The notes beneath the pieces were generated by a model. It did no database searches, had not been told where the DNA came from, and was given only the letters and a program-made list of their open reading frames with translations. Source: an uncultured delta proteobacterium (GTDB lineage: Bacteria > Desulfobacterota > Binatia > UBA9968). From it: DNA of 64,000 nt. The position numbers and the translations under genes are program-made. Where the stretch lies: assembly GCA_963745035.1 (NCBI GenBank), contig CAVUVW010000025.1:64001-128000 (forward strand), in the 5' to 3' direction. Below are positions 1 through 9,939 of this stretch, one piece after another; the stretch's first letter is position 1; the number at the start of each line of letters is the position of its first letter.

Positions 1-148
1 GAGTCGCCGGCTGATTCACTCCAGGAGCGGCCTGGGGAGGAACCGGTGCCGGCTGGCCGGGCGCCGGCGTCTGCTGCGCCATCAGCGGAACCGCCAATCC
101 GGCCGCAGCTACCCCGGCCGCAAGTCGTGCCATGCGCTTTCCTGTCAT
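1..148 (-). CDS. N-terminus of an exported protein running off the window edge; probably the T2SS secretin GspD (partial)
   Basis: ATG at 148 behind a G-rich SD reads MTGKRMARLAAGVAAAGLAVPLMA/QQTPAPGQPAPVPPQ (Sec signal + Pro-rich segment). It follows gspC, where gspD sits in xps-type operons. No secretin domain is visible in the window. Confidence 0.5.
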   Translation of the reverse strand, partial: MTGKRMARLAAGVAAAGLAVPLMAQQTPAPGQPAPVPPQAAPGVNQPAT

Positions 149-167
149 CTATATGCCCCCCTGCGCT

Positions 168-818
168 TCATGACTCGGGATTCGGACTGCCGGGCGTGGG
201 AATTCTTCCGCGCCGCGGCAAATTTGGAATTACGCGAGGTCCCGGAGGCGGGACTGTGCCCGGCGTCACCGTTTGAGCCGGGGCCGGCGCCCGCGGCGCG
301 GCGATCTCCACTTTACGGAAGTAATCCAACATGACCTCAACCCGCGTTGCGTTCCGGGCGAAAACAACCTTCTTGTCGCCGATCTCCGCCAAACTGTATC
401 CCTCGACGTTGTCACCCAATTTCAAGCGCATGGTGGCGGGCGGTTGGGACGGTGCCGGGCTCCCACTCGGAGCAGCTCCCTCCTGCAAAATCGCCGTGCG
501 ATTGTCGCCCATGATCACGGTGCCGATCAAAACCATGCCGCGAATGCGCTGCAAAGCCCGCGATGTTTCCTCGGCGTCGCGGGTCGCCCCCGCGCCCCGC
601 TCCGGGTCAAAAAGATTTCTGCTGACGATGGCGTCCGTGCTCGTCGCCACTTTGACCGCGGCGGCTGCCGGTTTGTCGGTCGCAAGCGCCGGTGGATTGC
701 TCTTGCTCGGCGACGGCAGATCCCAGGGGCCTTTGCGCCAGGAGGCGTAGGTGTCCCATCCGACCAGGCCGATGGTCAATACTAAAAACATACTCAGCAA
801 TGAAGACCGCGTGAGCAT
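168..818 (-). CDS. gspC: Type II secretion protein GspC-like (TM + HR domain, no PDZ)
   Basis: N-terminal TM, RNLFDPER motif, LIGTVIMGDNRTAIL...LKLGDNVEGYSLAEIGDKKVVF HR-type domain, Pro-rich tail; T2SS context. Confidence 0.7.
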   Translation of the reverse strand: MLTRSSLLSMFLVLTIGLVGWDTYASWRKGPWDLPSPSKSNPPALATDKPAAAAVKVATSTDAIVSRNLFDPERGAGATRDAEETSRALQRIRGMVLIGTVIMGDNRTAILQEGAAPSGSPAPSQPPATMRLKLGDNVEGYSLAEIGDKKVVFARNATRVEVMLDYFRKVEIAAPRAPAPAQTVTPGTVPPPGPRVIPNLPRRGRIPTPGSPNPES

Positions 819-895
819 CGTCGCTACCGTTCAATGCGCAAACCCGGCGCGAGCCGCCGCGCCGCCGATCCGCGGAATGGATCAAAGTTCGCGCT

Positions 896-922
896 ATTAT
901 ACATCACGCGGAAAAATTTCAA
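896..922 (-). promoter_or_regulatory. Possible sigma70 promoter for gspC-gspD
   Basis: Minus strand TTGAAA-N15-TATAAT in a 380-bp intergenic gap; perfect -10 in GC-rich DNA but short spacer. Confidence 0.3.
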
Positions 923-1197
923 ATTCAAAAGAATTCCGGATCTTTCCGACACCATACGTTCCAGTCACGCCATGCCGCCCGTCATCGAGGCGGAGGATGG
1001 CGCGGTTTCGGCCACGCGGCCGATTGAAAGTTGCCGCTGCGCAGCCCTCCGGACTCGCCCTGGACAACAGCGATCAGCCCAACCAAAGCTGTCCAAGCCC
1101 GGGCTTTCCGAACCGCGGTGGGCGCTCTAATGGAAAAATTTCTTGAATTATCGATGAGTAACCATCACGTGGAGGCGCGCTGGCCGATGCCAAGCCC

Positions 1198-1857
1198 TTA
1201 TTCCGAGACCGGCTTCGCGGTACTCGCCTCCCCCTCCGCTTTCGCGGGCGCACTGGGCGCAGTTCGCGCATAACCGGACACCATCAAATTGATCCGCAGG
1301 CTTTGCGCCGCGGCCTGCGGCACTCCCGGCGGCTGAGGAAACCCGGCCGGACGAAAAAGCGATCGTACATTGAGCTCATCGATCATGAGCAATTTAGGAG
1401 CGGTCTCAATGCCGCGGATGAGATTTGCCAGTTGCTGAACTTGGCCGCCAATTTCGAGTTGAATGCCGATCTTGGAAAAGGATCCAACCGATTCGGCGTT
1501 GAGCACCCGGGTGGTAATAATCTGCGTGCCCTCCCGCGCCGCCATCGCCTGCACGGTTTCTTGGAGGTCCGACGCGATCACTGAAGGCGTGTCACCGGTC
1601 AGAAGCTTGGAATCCTGCGCCTGTATTTGGCCCCGCGCCGACTCGAGGCCCGCCAGCATCGCTTCACTCTGCCCGAGATAGCGCAGATTCTTGCTGAGGA
1701 GCTGCGGCTGGCTCCCGAGTTGCTCGGTCACCCAGGCGCGCCGTTCGAGCAGCGGCGTCACCAGCACGTACTTGCCGATAAAGACCAGCAAAATGACCCC
1801 GCTCAGAATCGCCAGCCCGCGCTCGCGGCGCGAAAGTCTCTGCCAGTATTGCTTCAT
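1198..1857 (-). CDS. gspM: Type II secretion protein GspM (subtype b)
   Basis: WQRLSRRER + TM helix, coiled coil, ferredoxin-like C-terminal domain (IETAPKLLMIDELNV); overlaps the gspL stop. Confidence 0.8.
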   Translation of the reverse strand: MKQYWQRLSRRERGLAILSGVILLVFIGKYVLVTPLLERRAWVTEQLGSQPQLLSKNLRYLGQSEAMLAGLESARGQIQAQDSKLLTGDTPSVIASDLQETVQAMAAREGTQIITTRVLNAESVGSFSKIGIQLEIGGQVQQLANLIRGIETAPKLLMIDELNVRSLFRPAGFPQPPGVPQAAAQSLRINLMVSGYARTAPSAPAKAEGEASTAKPVSE

Positions 1858-3422
1858 GGCTTGGCCTTCGAATCCTTTGCCGCGGCGGCCGGCGCGCTCT
1901 GCACCGGCGCCTTCACCGGCTCTTTGGCGGGGTCCTTCACCGGCTCTTTGGGCTTTTCGATATCGGCTTTCAGGGAGAATGTCTCGCGGTTGTCGCGGCC
2001 GCGGTTGGAAGGCGCGTTAAACCCGACGTTTTGGAAAACCGGCGAGCGCTCGAGCACGGGAATCAACGCCGAGGCATTCTCGGCGCTGCCCTGCACTTCC
2101 AGGACGCCGGCGCGATAGCGCAGGTTGGACAAGTACGCTCCATTCGGCACAATCCGTGAAAGCTCATCGACCACCCGCAAAACTTCGCCGCGGCGCTGAT
2201 CGAGATCACTGAGAAAGCCCGCTTCCTTGCGCAGGCGCTCCAGTTGTTCCTCCTCGCGTCGCAACGCCTGCACCGCCGGCGCGAGCTTACGGTTTTCGCT
2301 CTCCAACTGCCTGAGCCGCAGCTCATCCTTGATCGGAAAGCTCGCGCCCCAGACGATCACGGCGAGCAGCAGCACACCCAAGAGCACGCTGTGGAGCAAA
2401 GAGACGTTCTTGCCCTCGCCGTCGCTCTCATGGTGCAAAAAATTGGCGCGCAAGGAGCCCTCACGCACACCGTGCAGCGCCGCGCCGATCGCGGGAATCA
2501 CATCGGGTTCGCCGCTTGAGTCGAAGCCTTTCAACCGCGGGCTGCCGAGCTCGACGATGTCCTCGGCTTGCGCCAGTCGGTCGGCGACGCCGTTGAGCGC
2601 GCTGAGATCACCGCAGCGAAACAACTTGGGCACTTGGCGCGAACACTCGAGCAAAAGTTCCTTGCCGGCGCCGTGCGCCCAGTCGGCCTTGGGAAAGCGA
2701 TGGCTGAACAGGAGCTCGGCGGCGGGCTGCCAGCCGTTGGCCCTGGCTTCGACGCCGATCATCTCCCAACCGTCGTCGTGGGCCGCCACCAAAGCCGCGC
2801 CGCTGCCCATCTGCCCGGCAAAAAGCAAATAGTTGGCGAGCGCCGTTACGGTCGTCTCGACTCCGCTGGGCTTGATTCCCACCGACTCCAGCAAAGCGAT
2901 GGTCGAATCGAGGGCTCTTTTCGGCATGGCGAAAACGTAAACGCAGAGCTTTTCCCCGCGCTTGCCGGCAGGCAGAAAGTCGTAGTAGACGTCCTCGCGT
3001 TTGAACGGCAGTTGGCGCTCGATCTCGTAGTCGAGCACGTGCTGGAGATTTTCCTGGGCCGCCAGCGGCAGCAGGATTTGTTGAACGATGGCCTGCTCCT
3101 GCGGCACGCAAACATAGACCCGATCGCGTCCGGCATGAATATGCGGCAGCAGCGAAACCAACGCCTGCCGGAGCGCGCGCTCGCGTGAATCACCTTCGGC
3201 GCGGAGCGCGATTTCGCGGACATCTTCGGCGACCCAGCCGGTGAGCTCCGAGATTGCCTGGCGGTTGTCGCCTTCGGGCAACTCACGATCTTCGCAACCG
3301 AGCATGGATACGGCGAGAAAGCTCTTCCGCAAGCGCACCATGAGCAGCCGGTCGCTCAAGATATACAGCCCGACGCTGGAAAGAAAATCGGCGCGCGACA
3401 GATTTTTCAGTTGATTCAACAT
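1854..3422 (-). CDS. gspL: Type II secretion protein GspL (PilM-like cytoplasmic domain + PilN periplasmic domain)
   Basis: LPLAAQENLQHVLDYEIERQLPFKREDVYYD motif, TM, coiled coil, PilN-like ELSRIVPNGAYLSNL...LERSPVFQNV. Confidence 0.8.
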   Translation of the reverse strand: MLNQLKNLSRADFLSSVGLYILSDRLLMVRLRKSFLAVSMLGCEDRELPEGDNRQAISELTGWVAEDVREIALRAEGDSRERALRQALVSLLPHIHAGRDRVYVCVPQEQAIVQQILLPLAAQENLQHVLDYEIERQLPFKREDVYYDFLPAGKRGEKLCVYVFAMPKRALDSTIALLESVGIKPSGVETTVTALANYLLFAGQMGSGAALVAAHDDGWEMIGVEARANGWQPAAELLFSHRFPKADWAHGAGKELLLECSRQVPKLFRCGDLSALNGVADRLAQAEDIVELGSPRLKGFDSSGEPDVIPAIGAALHGVREGSLRANFLHHESDGEGKNVSLLHSVLLGVLLLAVIVWGASFPIKDELRLRQLESENRKLAPAVQALRREEEQLERLRKEAGFLSDLDQRRGEVLRVVDELSRIVPNGAYLSNLRYRAGVLEVQGSAENASALIPVLERSPVFQNVGFNAPSNRGRDNRETFSLKADIEKPKEPVKDPAKEPVKAPVQSAPAAAAKDSKAKP

Positions 3423-3487
3423 GATTCTTGCGCTCGCGAGGAAAATCCGGACACGATCTTCAAGCCCCGGGCATTGTAGCCCATGAT

Positions 3488-4507
3488 CTAGCTCGACGGT
3501 AGTGCCGTGTCGCGATCGAGCCAGCGCAGGAGCTCAAAACCGCGCCCGCCGCCCAGTCGAACGATGCCGGCGACGCGGCGGGGCGCGCGCGAATCGGCGG
3601 AGCGACCTTCTGCCTCCACCGCAACCACCGACGGGTTGGTGAAGATAAACGCCTGCAACGCTGCGTCGCCTTCGCCGATGCCGAGAAGCGGCAGCAGATC
3701 GTTCATTGTTTTGTCCGACAGCTTGCGCCGCTCTTCGACAAAGGCGCGGCACCGTTCCGGCGCGATGCCGGTCAGCGCATGAATGACCGCGGCGCTCGCC
3801 GTGCGCAGGTTTACCCGATCAATGGGGCTGTCGACCGTGAAAATATCGCGCAGCGCGATCCGGCGCGACCGCTCCTCCGGTGCGGAGTCGGCCTCCGAAT
3901 ACCCGAAGAAGAGCTCCCGGGTGACGCCGCGGATCCACAACAGGTCCGCCACGGTATCGAGGGCGCCGTTGCGCGCCGTGTACGGCGGCGCGAGCGCGCC
4001 GTAGTATTGGTTTTCGGCGCCGTTGGCGCGGTGGAGATCGTCTTGATCGCGCCAGTCTAGAATCGAATCCACGAGCACCTCCCGGCTCGCGTTATCGAGT
4101 CCCAGGTTGGTAAAGACCCGGCGCAGGGTCTCTTCATTGGCCCGGTTGATATTGATCTTGCCGCCCTCATCGACGAGGCGCACGCGCAGCACGCCGCCGC
4201 CGAGACTTTCCTCGCGCCAAGCGCCGTCGAACAGGTCGTCTTTTTGTCCTTGGGACTGGGCCGGAGCGCCGTCTTGCCGGTTCAAGAAATCATACAGACC
4301 GCGCTCGAAGCCGGCGAGCGCGAGATAGTACCCGGTGGTTTCCTCGTTGAAACGATGGGCGGCGCTCGCCTCTTCGCGCGCCGCCGTGCTGAATTCGAAA
4401 GCGACCACGAAAAGAAATATGAAAATCCACAGCACCACGATCAGCGCGACGCCGCGCTCGCCGCCGAGCCGCGGCAAATTTGAGTCGTAAGCGATCTTGC
4501 GTTTCAT
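3488..4507 (-). CDS. gspK: Minor pseudopilin GspK
   Basis: RG/VALIVVLW prepilin site, DEGGKININ, DSILDWRDQDD, GAENQYY motifs; ATG overlaps the gspJ stop. Confidence 0.9.
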   Translation of the reverse strand: MKRKIAYDSNLPRLGGERGVALIVVLWIFIFLFVVAFEFSTAAREEASAAHRFNEETTGYYLALAGFERGLYDFLNRQDGAPAQSQGQKDDLFDGAWREESLGGGVLRVRLVDEGGKININRANEETLRRVFTNLGLDNASREVLVDSILDWRDQDDLHRANGAENQYYGALAPPYTARNGALDTVADLLWIRGVTRELFFGYSEADSAPEERSRRIALRDIFTVDSPIDRVNLRTASAAVIHALTGIAPERCRAFVEERRKLSDKTMNDLLPLLGIGEGDAALQAFIFTNPSVVAVEAEGRSADSRAPRRVAGIVRLGGGRGFELLRWLDRDTALPSS

Positions 4508-5163
4508 GGCGTGAGCACGACCATCATCAGCGGGAAAATCCAGCGCACCTCTTGGCCGCCGTCGTCGACGAAGCTCAAGCGCACGGCGCGCGGCAGCATG
4601 CGCCGTTCCTCGCCGTCCCAGCGCTCTTCCCATCTCTCTTCATCGAGCTGCGGATCCAAGTAAGCCAAGCGAAAATTTCGAATGCCCTCGCGCAGCACCA
4701 CCCGATGGACCTGTCCGGCGCTGGTTTCCTCTTCACCGACGCGCACCGGCGTGGTCTCTTCGAGGCTGAGCAGCGCGCGGCCGCCGGCCCCTTCTTCGAC
4801 GACGGCCATCCGCACCTCGGCCATGCCGCGCCCGCCCATGCCATGGGAATAGGCTGAGATCAAAGCCAGGCGGTCGCTTTCCCCCTCGAAGAACACCGCC
4901 TGTTCCTGCGGCGAGCGGCGATACGGATGGGCGGAGCGAATGTAATTGCCGAGGAGATCGGCGGTCGAGCGCATGGTTTGGCTGCGCGCAGCGCCGGTTT
5001 GCGACTTGGCGAGCGCGCTGTGGCTGAGCGCGAACGCGCCGTAGAGAATCGTGCCGAGCAGCGCGAAAAGCGTCATCGCCAGCACGACCTCGATGAGCGT
5101 GAAGCCGGCCGGACCAACGCCCTGCCCGCGAAGCGGGTCGTGCGTTTGACGGGCGCCGTTCAT
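4504..5163 (-). CDS. gspJ: Minor pseudopilin GspJ
   Basis: G/FTLIEVVLAM methylation motif; C-terminal WEERWD...LPRAVRL. Confidence 0.85.
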   Translation of the reverse strand: MNGARQTHDPLRGQGVGPAGFTLIEVVLAMTLFALLGTILYGAFALSHSALAKSQTGAARSQTMRSTADLLGNYIRSAHPYRRSPQEQAVFFEGESDRLALISAYSHGMGGRGMAEVRMAVVEEGAGGRALLSLEETTPVRVGEEETSAGQVHRVVLREGIRNFRLAYLDPQLDEERWEERWDGEERRMLPRAVRLSFVDDGGQEVRWIFPLMMVVLTP

Positions 5164-5564
5164 GAATCGGCTTTTCTGGCGAGGCGAAAGGTCTTGAGCT
5201 CGACCTGGCGTTCTCTCCCGCCGTCACGCACGGCCATTTCCAAAGCCACTTCTTTGAGCTCCCAGTTCCCGGAAAGCCCGAGCGAGGTCGGCGCATCGGG
5301 CACGGTCCGAACCTGCGCCGTCCAGCGGCCGCCGTCGCCGAGCCGGCCGGCGGCGCTCTCCACTCTTTTCCGCGCCAACAGTTCATCCATCACCCGGCTG
5401 CCCTGGACGATCGCTTCGTTGCGGCTCATGCTGCGCGCCTGCAGCCGCAACCCCAAGGAAAAGACCTGCAATAACGTGACGACTCCCAGCCCGACGATGG
5501 CCATCGCGACCAGGACTTCGAGCAGGGTGAATCCGTCGGACGATTTTCCGCGCCGGCCGCTCAT
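5160..5564 (-). CDS. gspI: Minor pseudopilin GspI
   Basis: G/FTLLEVLVAMAI; 134 aa; position between H and J. Confidence 0.85.
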   Translation of the reverse strand: MSGRRGKSSDGFTLLEVLVAMAIVGLGVVTLLQVFSLGLRLQARSMSRNEAIVQGSRVMDELLARKRVESAAGRLGDGGRWTAQVRTVPDAPTSLGLSGNWELKEVALEMAVRDGGRERQVELKTFRLARKADS

Positions 5565-6028
5565 GATCGGCTCCCGCGCGCTACCTCGACTTTTCCGGTG
5601 AGCGCTTCCAGACGAATCGAATAGGAGATCGCTTTGGCATCGTCGGCGATGACGATCTGGCCGCCGAGAATGCTGCCGTTGGGGAAAAAGTAAAAGTTTC
5701 TTTGATCGCGGCCGACGCTCTCGCCGCCGTTGACGGAAGCAAACGTGATCTCGGGCGGCAGACGGACTTCGTCGGAACGTGCGACGACGTAGCTGTTGCG
5801 CGGCAAGTCCAGAGCCAGCCGCTGCGGCACGCCGTCGAGCAGCGCCCGGCTTCTCAACTCGCGCGCCGCCGCCGCCAGTCCCAGGGCCGTGCGCCGCACT
5901 TCGCGATCCTGCAGACCGCGGTCTAGACTCGGCAAGACGATCGCCAGGCCGACGCCGAGAAGCACCAGCACAAGAATCAGCTCGAAGAGCGAAAAACCCT
6001 GACTACTTTTCCCAACTGCTGATGTCAC
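5561..6028 (-). CDS. gspH: Minor pseudopilin GspH (start uncertain; ORF open to 6067)
   Basis: G/FSLFELILVL and FFPNGSILGG motif typical of GspH/FimT. Confidence 0.8.
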   Translation of the reverse strand: MTSAVGKSSQGFSLFELILVLVLLGVGLAIVLPSLDRGLQDREVRRTALGLAAAARELRSRALLDGVPQRLALDLPRNSYVVARSDEVRLPPEITFASVNGGESVGRDQRNFYFFPNGSILGGQIVIADDAKAISYSIRLEALTGKVEVARGSRS

Positions 6029-6440
6029 GATTATTGTCTTGGCCGCCCGGCACGCCGTCGGCTCCATAGGAAAGAATATCGTAGGGGCCGTGGTCGCCCG
6101 GGCTCTTGTAGATATAGGGCTTGCCCCAAGGATCGCTCGGCAGCTCCTTTTTTAGATACGGCCCATCCCACCGATCCACGCCGCCCGGCCGCTGATTGAG
6201 CGCCTGCAAGCCCTCCTGGGAGGTCGGATAGCGCCCGACGTCAAGGCGAAAGGTATCGAGGGCGGTACCGAGCAGCTCGATCTGCGCCTTGACCGCCTTC
6301 GCGGTGGCCTTTTCTTCCTGCTTGATGAATTGCGGCACGACCAGGCCGGCCAGCAGGCCGATGATGGCGACGACCACGATCAGTTCGATGAGCGTGAAGC
6401 CCGCCGCGTTGGCCGGAAATTTTTTAGAAAGGCAAGTCAT
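6003..6440 (-). CDS. gspG: Major pseudopilin GspG
   Basis: G/FTLIELIVV, FRLDVGRYPTSQEGLQAL, WDGPYL, DPWGKPY, SYGADGVPGG. Confidence 0.95.
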   Translation of the reverse strand: MTCLSKKFPANAAGFTLIELIVVVAIIGLLAGLVVPQFIKQEEKATAKAVKAQIELLGTALDTFRLDVGRYPTSQEGLQALNQRPGGVDRWDGPYLKKELPSDPWGKPYIYKSPGDHGPYDILSYGADGVPGGQDNNRDISSWEK

Positions 6441-7644
6441 TGATGCTGAAGATCGCGAGCAGCATGGAAATGACCACCACGCCGATGATCAAGCCCATCG
6501 CCAGAATCAGCGCCGGCTCGAGCAGCGCCGTCAGCCGTTTGGTGCTGCGCTTCACTTCCTGATCGTAATAGTTGGCAACTTCGGTCAACATGGGCTCCAA
6601 TTTACCGGTTTCCTCCCCGACTGCAATCATATTGAGCGCGAGAGCGGGAAACATCCCGCTATCGTTCAGCGGTCGCGCCATGCCTTTTCCCTCACGCACG
6701 CGCATCTGCACCTGGCTGATGGCGCGCGCGAGTAAACGATTGCCGACCACGCCCTGCACCGTGCCCAAGGCTTCCAATAGCGGCACGCCGCCCTTGAGCA
6801 GCGCCGCCAAAGTACGCGAGAAGCGTGCGGTTTCGAACTTGCGCAGCAACTCGCCCACTAGCCAGATCCGCAAGCTCAAGCGGTCCCATTCGCTGCGCCC
6901 CTCAGGACTCCGGACGTAGAACGCCGCGCCGGCGCCGGCCGCGCACATCACCAGCAGCACGACCCAGCCGTAGCCGGCTAAAAACTCGCTAAAGCCGATG
7001 ACGACTTTGGTAATCCATGGAAGGGCATTGCCGTTATCGCGAAAAATTGCGGCAAACTTCGGAATTACAAATACAAACAGCACGATCAGCGAAAGGCCGG
7101 CGGCGCCGGCAAGAATGACCGGGTAAATGAGCGCGGATTTGACGTCCTCTTTGAGCGCCAGCGTGCCTTCCATGTATTCGGTCAAATAGCGCAGGACGCC
7201 TTCGAGAATGCCGCCGGCTTCCCCGGCACGGATCATGTTGACGTATATCTTGGGAAACACGTCGGCATGCTCGCCCATGGAGGCGGCGAGAGATTTGCCC
7301 GCGCGCACCGCTTCGACCAGCGCGCGCACCACCTGGCTGAACTCCCCGCCCTCGACCAGCCCGCCGAGGATCGAGAGACTGCGATCGAGCGGCAGACCGG
7401 CGGCAAGCAGTGCGCCGAGCTCGCGGGTAAACTGCAGGAGCTGTTGCTGGCTCACCTTGCGCTTGGCAAAGAGCGGCAGCGGCTGGCGCGCGCCCAGCGC
7501 CCGCTCGCTCGGCAACGCGATGCGCAACGGCACCCAGCCCATGTCGCGCAAGCGCAAAACCACGCTGCGCTCGGCGTCGGCCTCCATCACGCCTTCGACG
7601 ACTTTGCCCGCCTGATCCGCGGCGCGATATTGAAAAATCGCCAT
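6424..7644 (-). CDS. gspF: T2SS inner-membrane platform protein GspF
   Basis: Two GspF repeats, AGEAGGIL, VGEETGKL, LLEPALIL. Confidence 0.95.
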   Translation of the reverse strand: MAIFQYRAADQAGKVVEGVMEADAERSVVLRLRDMGWVPLRIALPSERALGARQPLPLFAKRKVSQQQLLQFTRELGALLAAGLPLDRSLSILGGLVEGGEFSQVVRALVEAVRAGKSLAASMGEHADVFPKIYVNMIRAGEAGGILEGVLRYLTEYMEGTLALKEDVKSALIYPVILAGAAGLSLIVLFVFVIPKFAAIFRDNGNALPWITKVVIGFSEFLAGYGWVVLLVMCAAGAGAAFYVRSPEGRSEWDRLSLRIWLVGELLRKFETARFSRTLAALLKGGVPLLEALGTVQGVVGNRLLARAISQVQMRVREGKGMARPLNDSGMFPALALNMIAVGEETGKLEPMLTEVANYYDQEVKRSTKRLTALLEPALILAMGLIIGVVVISMLLAIFSINDLPF

Positions 7645-7673
7645 CTATTCCCCGTCCCTACGGGACTCAACTA

Positions 7674-7777
7674 TTTTGGCTTTTAGTTTTTGGATTTTCG
7701 ATTGCCGAACGGAATCGCCGGCTGGTTTCTGCTGTGCGCTCTGTCTCCGTCTCTCTCCCCAATCGAAAATCGAAAAT
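7674..7777. repeat. Intergenic heptamer-tandem inverted repeat element
   Basis: TTTTGGC/TTTTAGT/TTTTGGA/TTTTCGA units; arms 7688-7704 and 7760-7776 match 16/17 as an inverted repeat. Confidence 0.7.
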
Positions 7778-7779
7778 CG

Positions 7780-9480
7780 TTACGCTTCTTCGCGCGTGAC
7801 GCGGAGCACCTCCGCCAAGGTCGTGACGCCCTGGCGGACCTTGTCCCAGCCGTCCTCCCTGAGCAGGCGCATGCCCTGCTGCACGGCCAGGCTGCGGATC
7901 GCGCCGGCATCCGCGCGCTGCACGATCACTTTGCAGATTTCCGAGGTCACCGGCAGCAGCTCAAAAATGCCGACCCGGCCAAGATAGCCGGTTCCGCTGC
8001 AGGCGTTGCAGCCGACCGCCTCCCATACCGCCCGCAGATCGTCGCCGGCGCGCACCTGCAACTCCTCGGTCATCCCTTCCGCCCCGGCAAAGGGAACTTC
8101 TTTGCGACAGTTGGGACAGAGCCGGCGCACCAGCCGTTGGGCGAGCACGCCGAGCAGCGATGAGGAGAGCAGATAGTCCTGCACGTTCATCTCGAGCAGG
8201 CGCGAGATCGCCCCCGCCGCATCGTTGGTATGCAATGTCGAAAAAACCAGATGGCCAGTGAGAGCCGCCTGCACGGCGATCTCGGCGGTCTCGGCGTCGC
8301 GGATCTCGCCGACCATGATCACATCGGGATCCTGGCGCACGATCGAGCGCAGGCCGTTGGCGAAGGTCAAGCCGATCTGCGGCTTGACGTGGATCTGGTT
8401 GACGCCGCCCAACTGATACTCCACCGGGTCTTCGATCGTGATGATCTTTTTGCCCGGATCGTTGATCTTTTGCAGCGCGCCGTAGAGAGTGGTGGTCTTG
8501 CCGCTGCCGGTGGGTCCGGTCACCAGGATCATGCCGTGGGGCTTCAAAATCATTTCATAAAAGTGGGCCAGCGGTCGGGGCGGAAACCCGAGGGCGTCGA
8601 GCTCGGTGAAAATCTGTCCGCGCTCGAGCAGCCGGATGACCACGCTCTCGCCGTACAGGGTCGGCACGGTGGCGATACGAAGGTCGATGTCTTTGCCCGC
8701 GAGACGCGTCTTGATGCGGCCGTCCTGGGGCAGCCGGCGTTCGGCGATATTGAGCTGCGCGAGGATTTTGAGCCGGGAGATCACCGCCGCCTTGAGCTGG
8801 CGCGGCGGCGACTCGGCCTCGTGGAGAATACCGTCGATCCGGTAGCGCACCTTGAGCTGGTTTTCGAAGGGCTCGATGTGCACGTCGGAGGCGCGGCTTT
8901 CGAGGGCGCGCACCAGCATCTGGTTGACCAGCCGGATCACCGGGACTTCGGACGCCATGTCGCGCAAGTGCGCGACGTCTTCCTCGTCGCCGATGCCTTC
9001 GATCTGATGCGCCTGCGGTTCGGCGCTTCCCGCCGGAGCATAGCTGGCGCCGTACAGCGCTTCGATGCGCGCGGTGATCTCCTTCTCCCGCGCCAGCACG
9101 GGTCTCACGCGCAAGCCCGCCGCCAGTTCCAAGGCATGAAGGTGGGAGACGTCGAGCGGGTCGGTGGTGGCGACCACCAGCTCGGCCCCCTCGACCGCCA
9201 CGGGCACCATGCGCGCCAGCTTGAAAAAATCTCCGATTCCCGGCGGCAGCTCGATGGGCGGCAGCGCGGCGGGAATATCGCGGAGCGATAGCACGGGAAT
9301 ATCGAAGTGCTCGCGCAATACCGGCAGCAAGTCCTCTTCGGACAAAAGTCCCAACTCGACCACCAGCCGGCTCAAGGGCGATTGCTGCTCGGCCTGGAGC
9401 TTGACGACGCGCTCGAGCTCGTCGCCGGAAAGCAGCCGGCGCGCGACCAGGCGCTCGGAAAGACTCATGGACGCGTCCAT
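7780..9480 (-). CDS. gspE: T2SS ATPase GspE (with N-terminal extension)
   Basis: ASDVHIEP, RLPQDGRI, Walker A GPTGSGKT, IEDPVE, RQDPDVIMVGEIRD, TGHLVFSTLHTN, CPNC...CNAC zinc motif. Confidence 0.95.
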   Translation of the reverse strand: MDASMSLSERLVARRLLSGDELERVVKLQAEQQSPLSRLVVELGLLSEEDLLPVLREHFDIPVLSLRDIPAALPPIELPPGIGDFFKLARMVPVAVEGAELVVATTDPLDVSHLHALELAAGLRVRPVLAREKEITARIEALYGASYAPAGSAEPQAHQIEGIGDEEDVAHLRDMASEVPVIRLVNQMLVRALESRASDVHIEPFENQLKVRYRIDGILHEAESPPRQLKAAVISRLKILAQLNIAERRLPQDGRIKTRLAGKDIDLRIATVPTLYGESVVIRLLERGQIFTELDALGFPPRPLAHFYEMILKPHGMILVTGPTGSGKTTTLYGALQKINDPGKKIITIEDPVEYQLGGVNQIHVKPQIGLTFANGLRSIVRQDPDVIMVGEIRDAETAEIAVQAALTGHLVFSTLHTNDAAGAISRLLEMNVQDYLLSSSLLGVLAQRLVRRLCPNCRKEVPFAGAEGMTEELQVRAGDDLRAVWEAVGCNACSGTGYLGRVGIFELLPVTSEICKVIVQRADAGAIRSLAVQQGMRLLREDGWDKVRQGVTTLAEVLRVTREEA

Positions 9481-9496
9481 ACGATTTTTGCCGAAC

Positions 9497-9877
9497 TTAC
9501 TTCTTGTCCCCCGGGCCCACCCTGCCGTAGCGATCTTCCAGACGGACCACGTCGTCAAGCTCGGGCGTCGATACTTCGAGAACGTCGCAGTCTTCGACCG
9601 CGCTCATGCGATGTTTCATGCCGGGAGCGATGTGCAAACATTCTCCCGGCGCCAAGCGCAATTTCCGCCGTTCGCCGTCGCGCTCGATGTCCATTTCCAA
9701 AACGCCGGTCAAGAGCCGAATCGTCTCGTCCTTCACCACGTGATACTGATAGCTCAGCGATTCGCCTTTGTTGATGTGGAGAATCTTGCCGACATAGCGG
9801 TCGGTGTGCGCCCAGATGAGCTCATGGCCCCAGGGCTTCTCGACGATTTTGCCGTTATCGGTCTCCATCAAAGCCAT
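9497..9877 (-). CDS. Cupin domain protein (mannose-6-phosphate isomerase type II-like)
   Basis: KPWG, LSYQYH..K.ET, PGMKHR, LEVSTPELDDVVRLEDRYGR. Confidence 0.85.
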   Translation of the reverse strand: MALMETDNGKIVEKPWGHELIWAHTDRYVGKILHINKGESLSYQYHVVKDETIRLLTGVLEMDIERDGERRKLRLAPGECLHIAPGMKHRMSAVEDCDVLEVSTPELDDVVRLEDRYGRVGPGDKK

Positions 9878-9939
9878 ACTGCCTCCGATGATAACAGATT
9901 CCCGCCGGCCTGGAAATAATTAAAGGAAATGGGCGCGGC

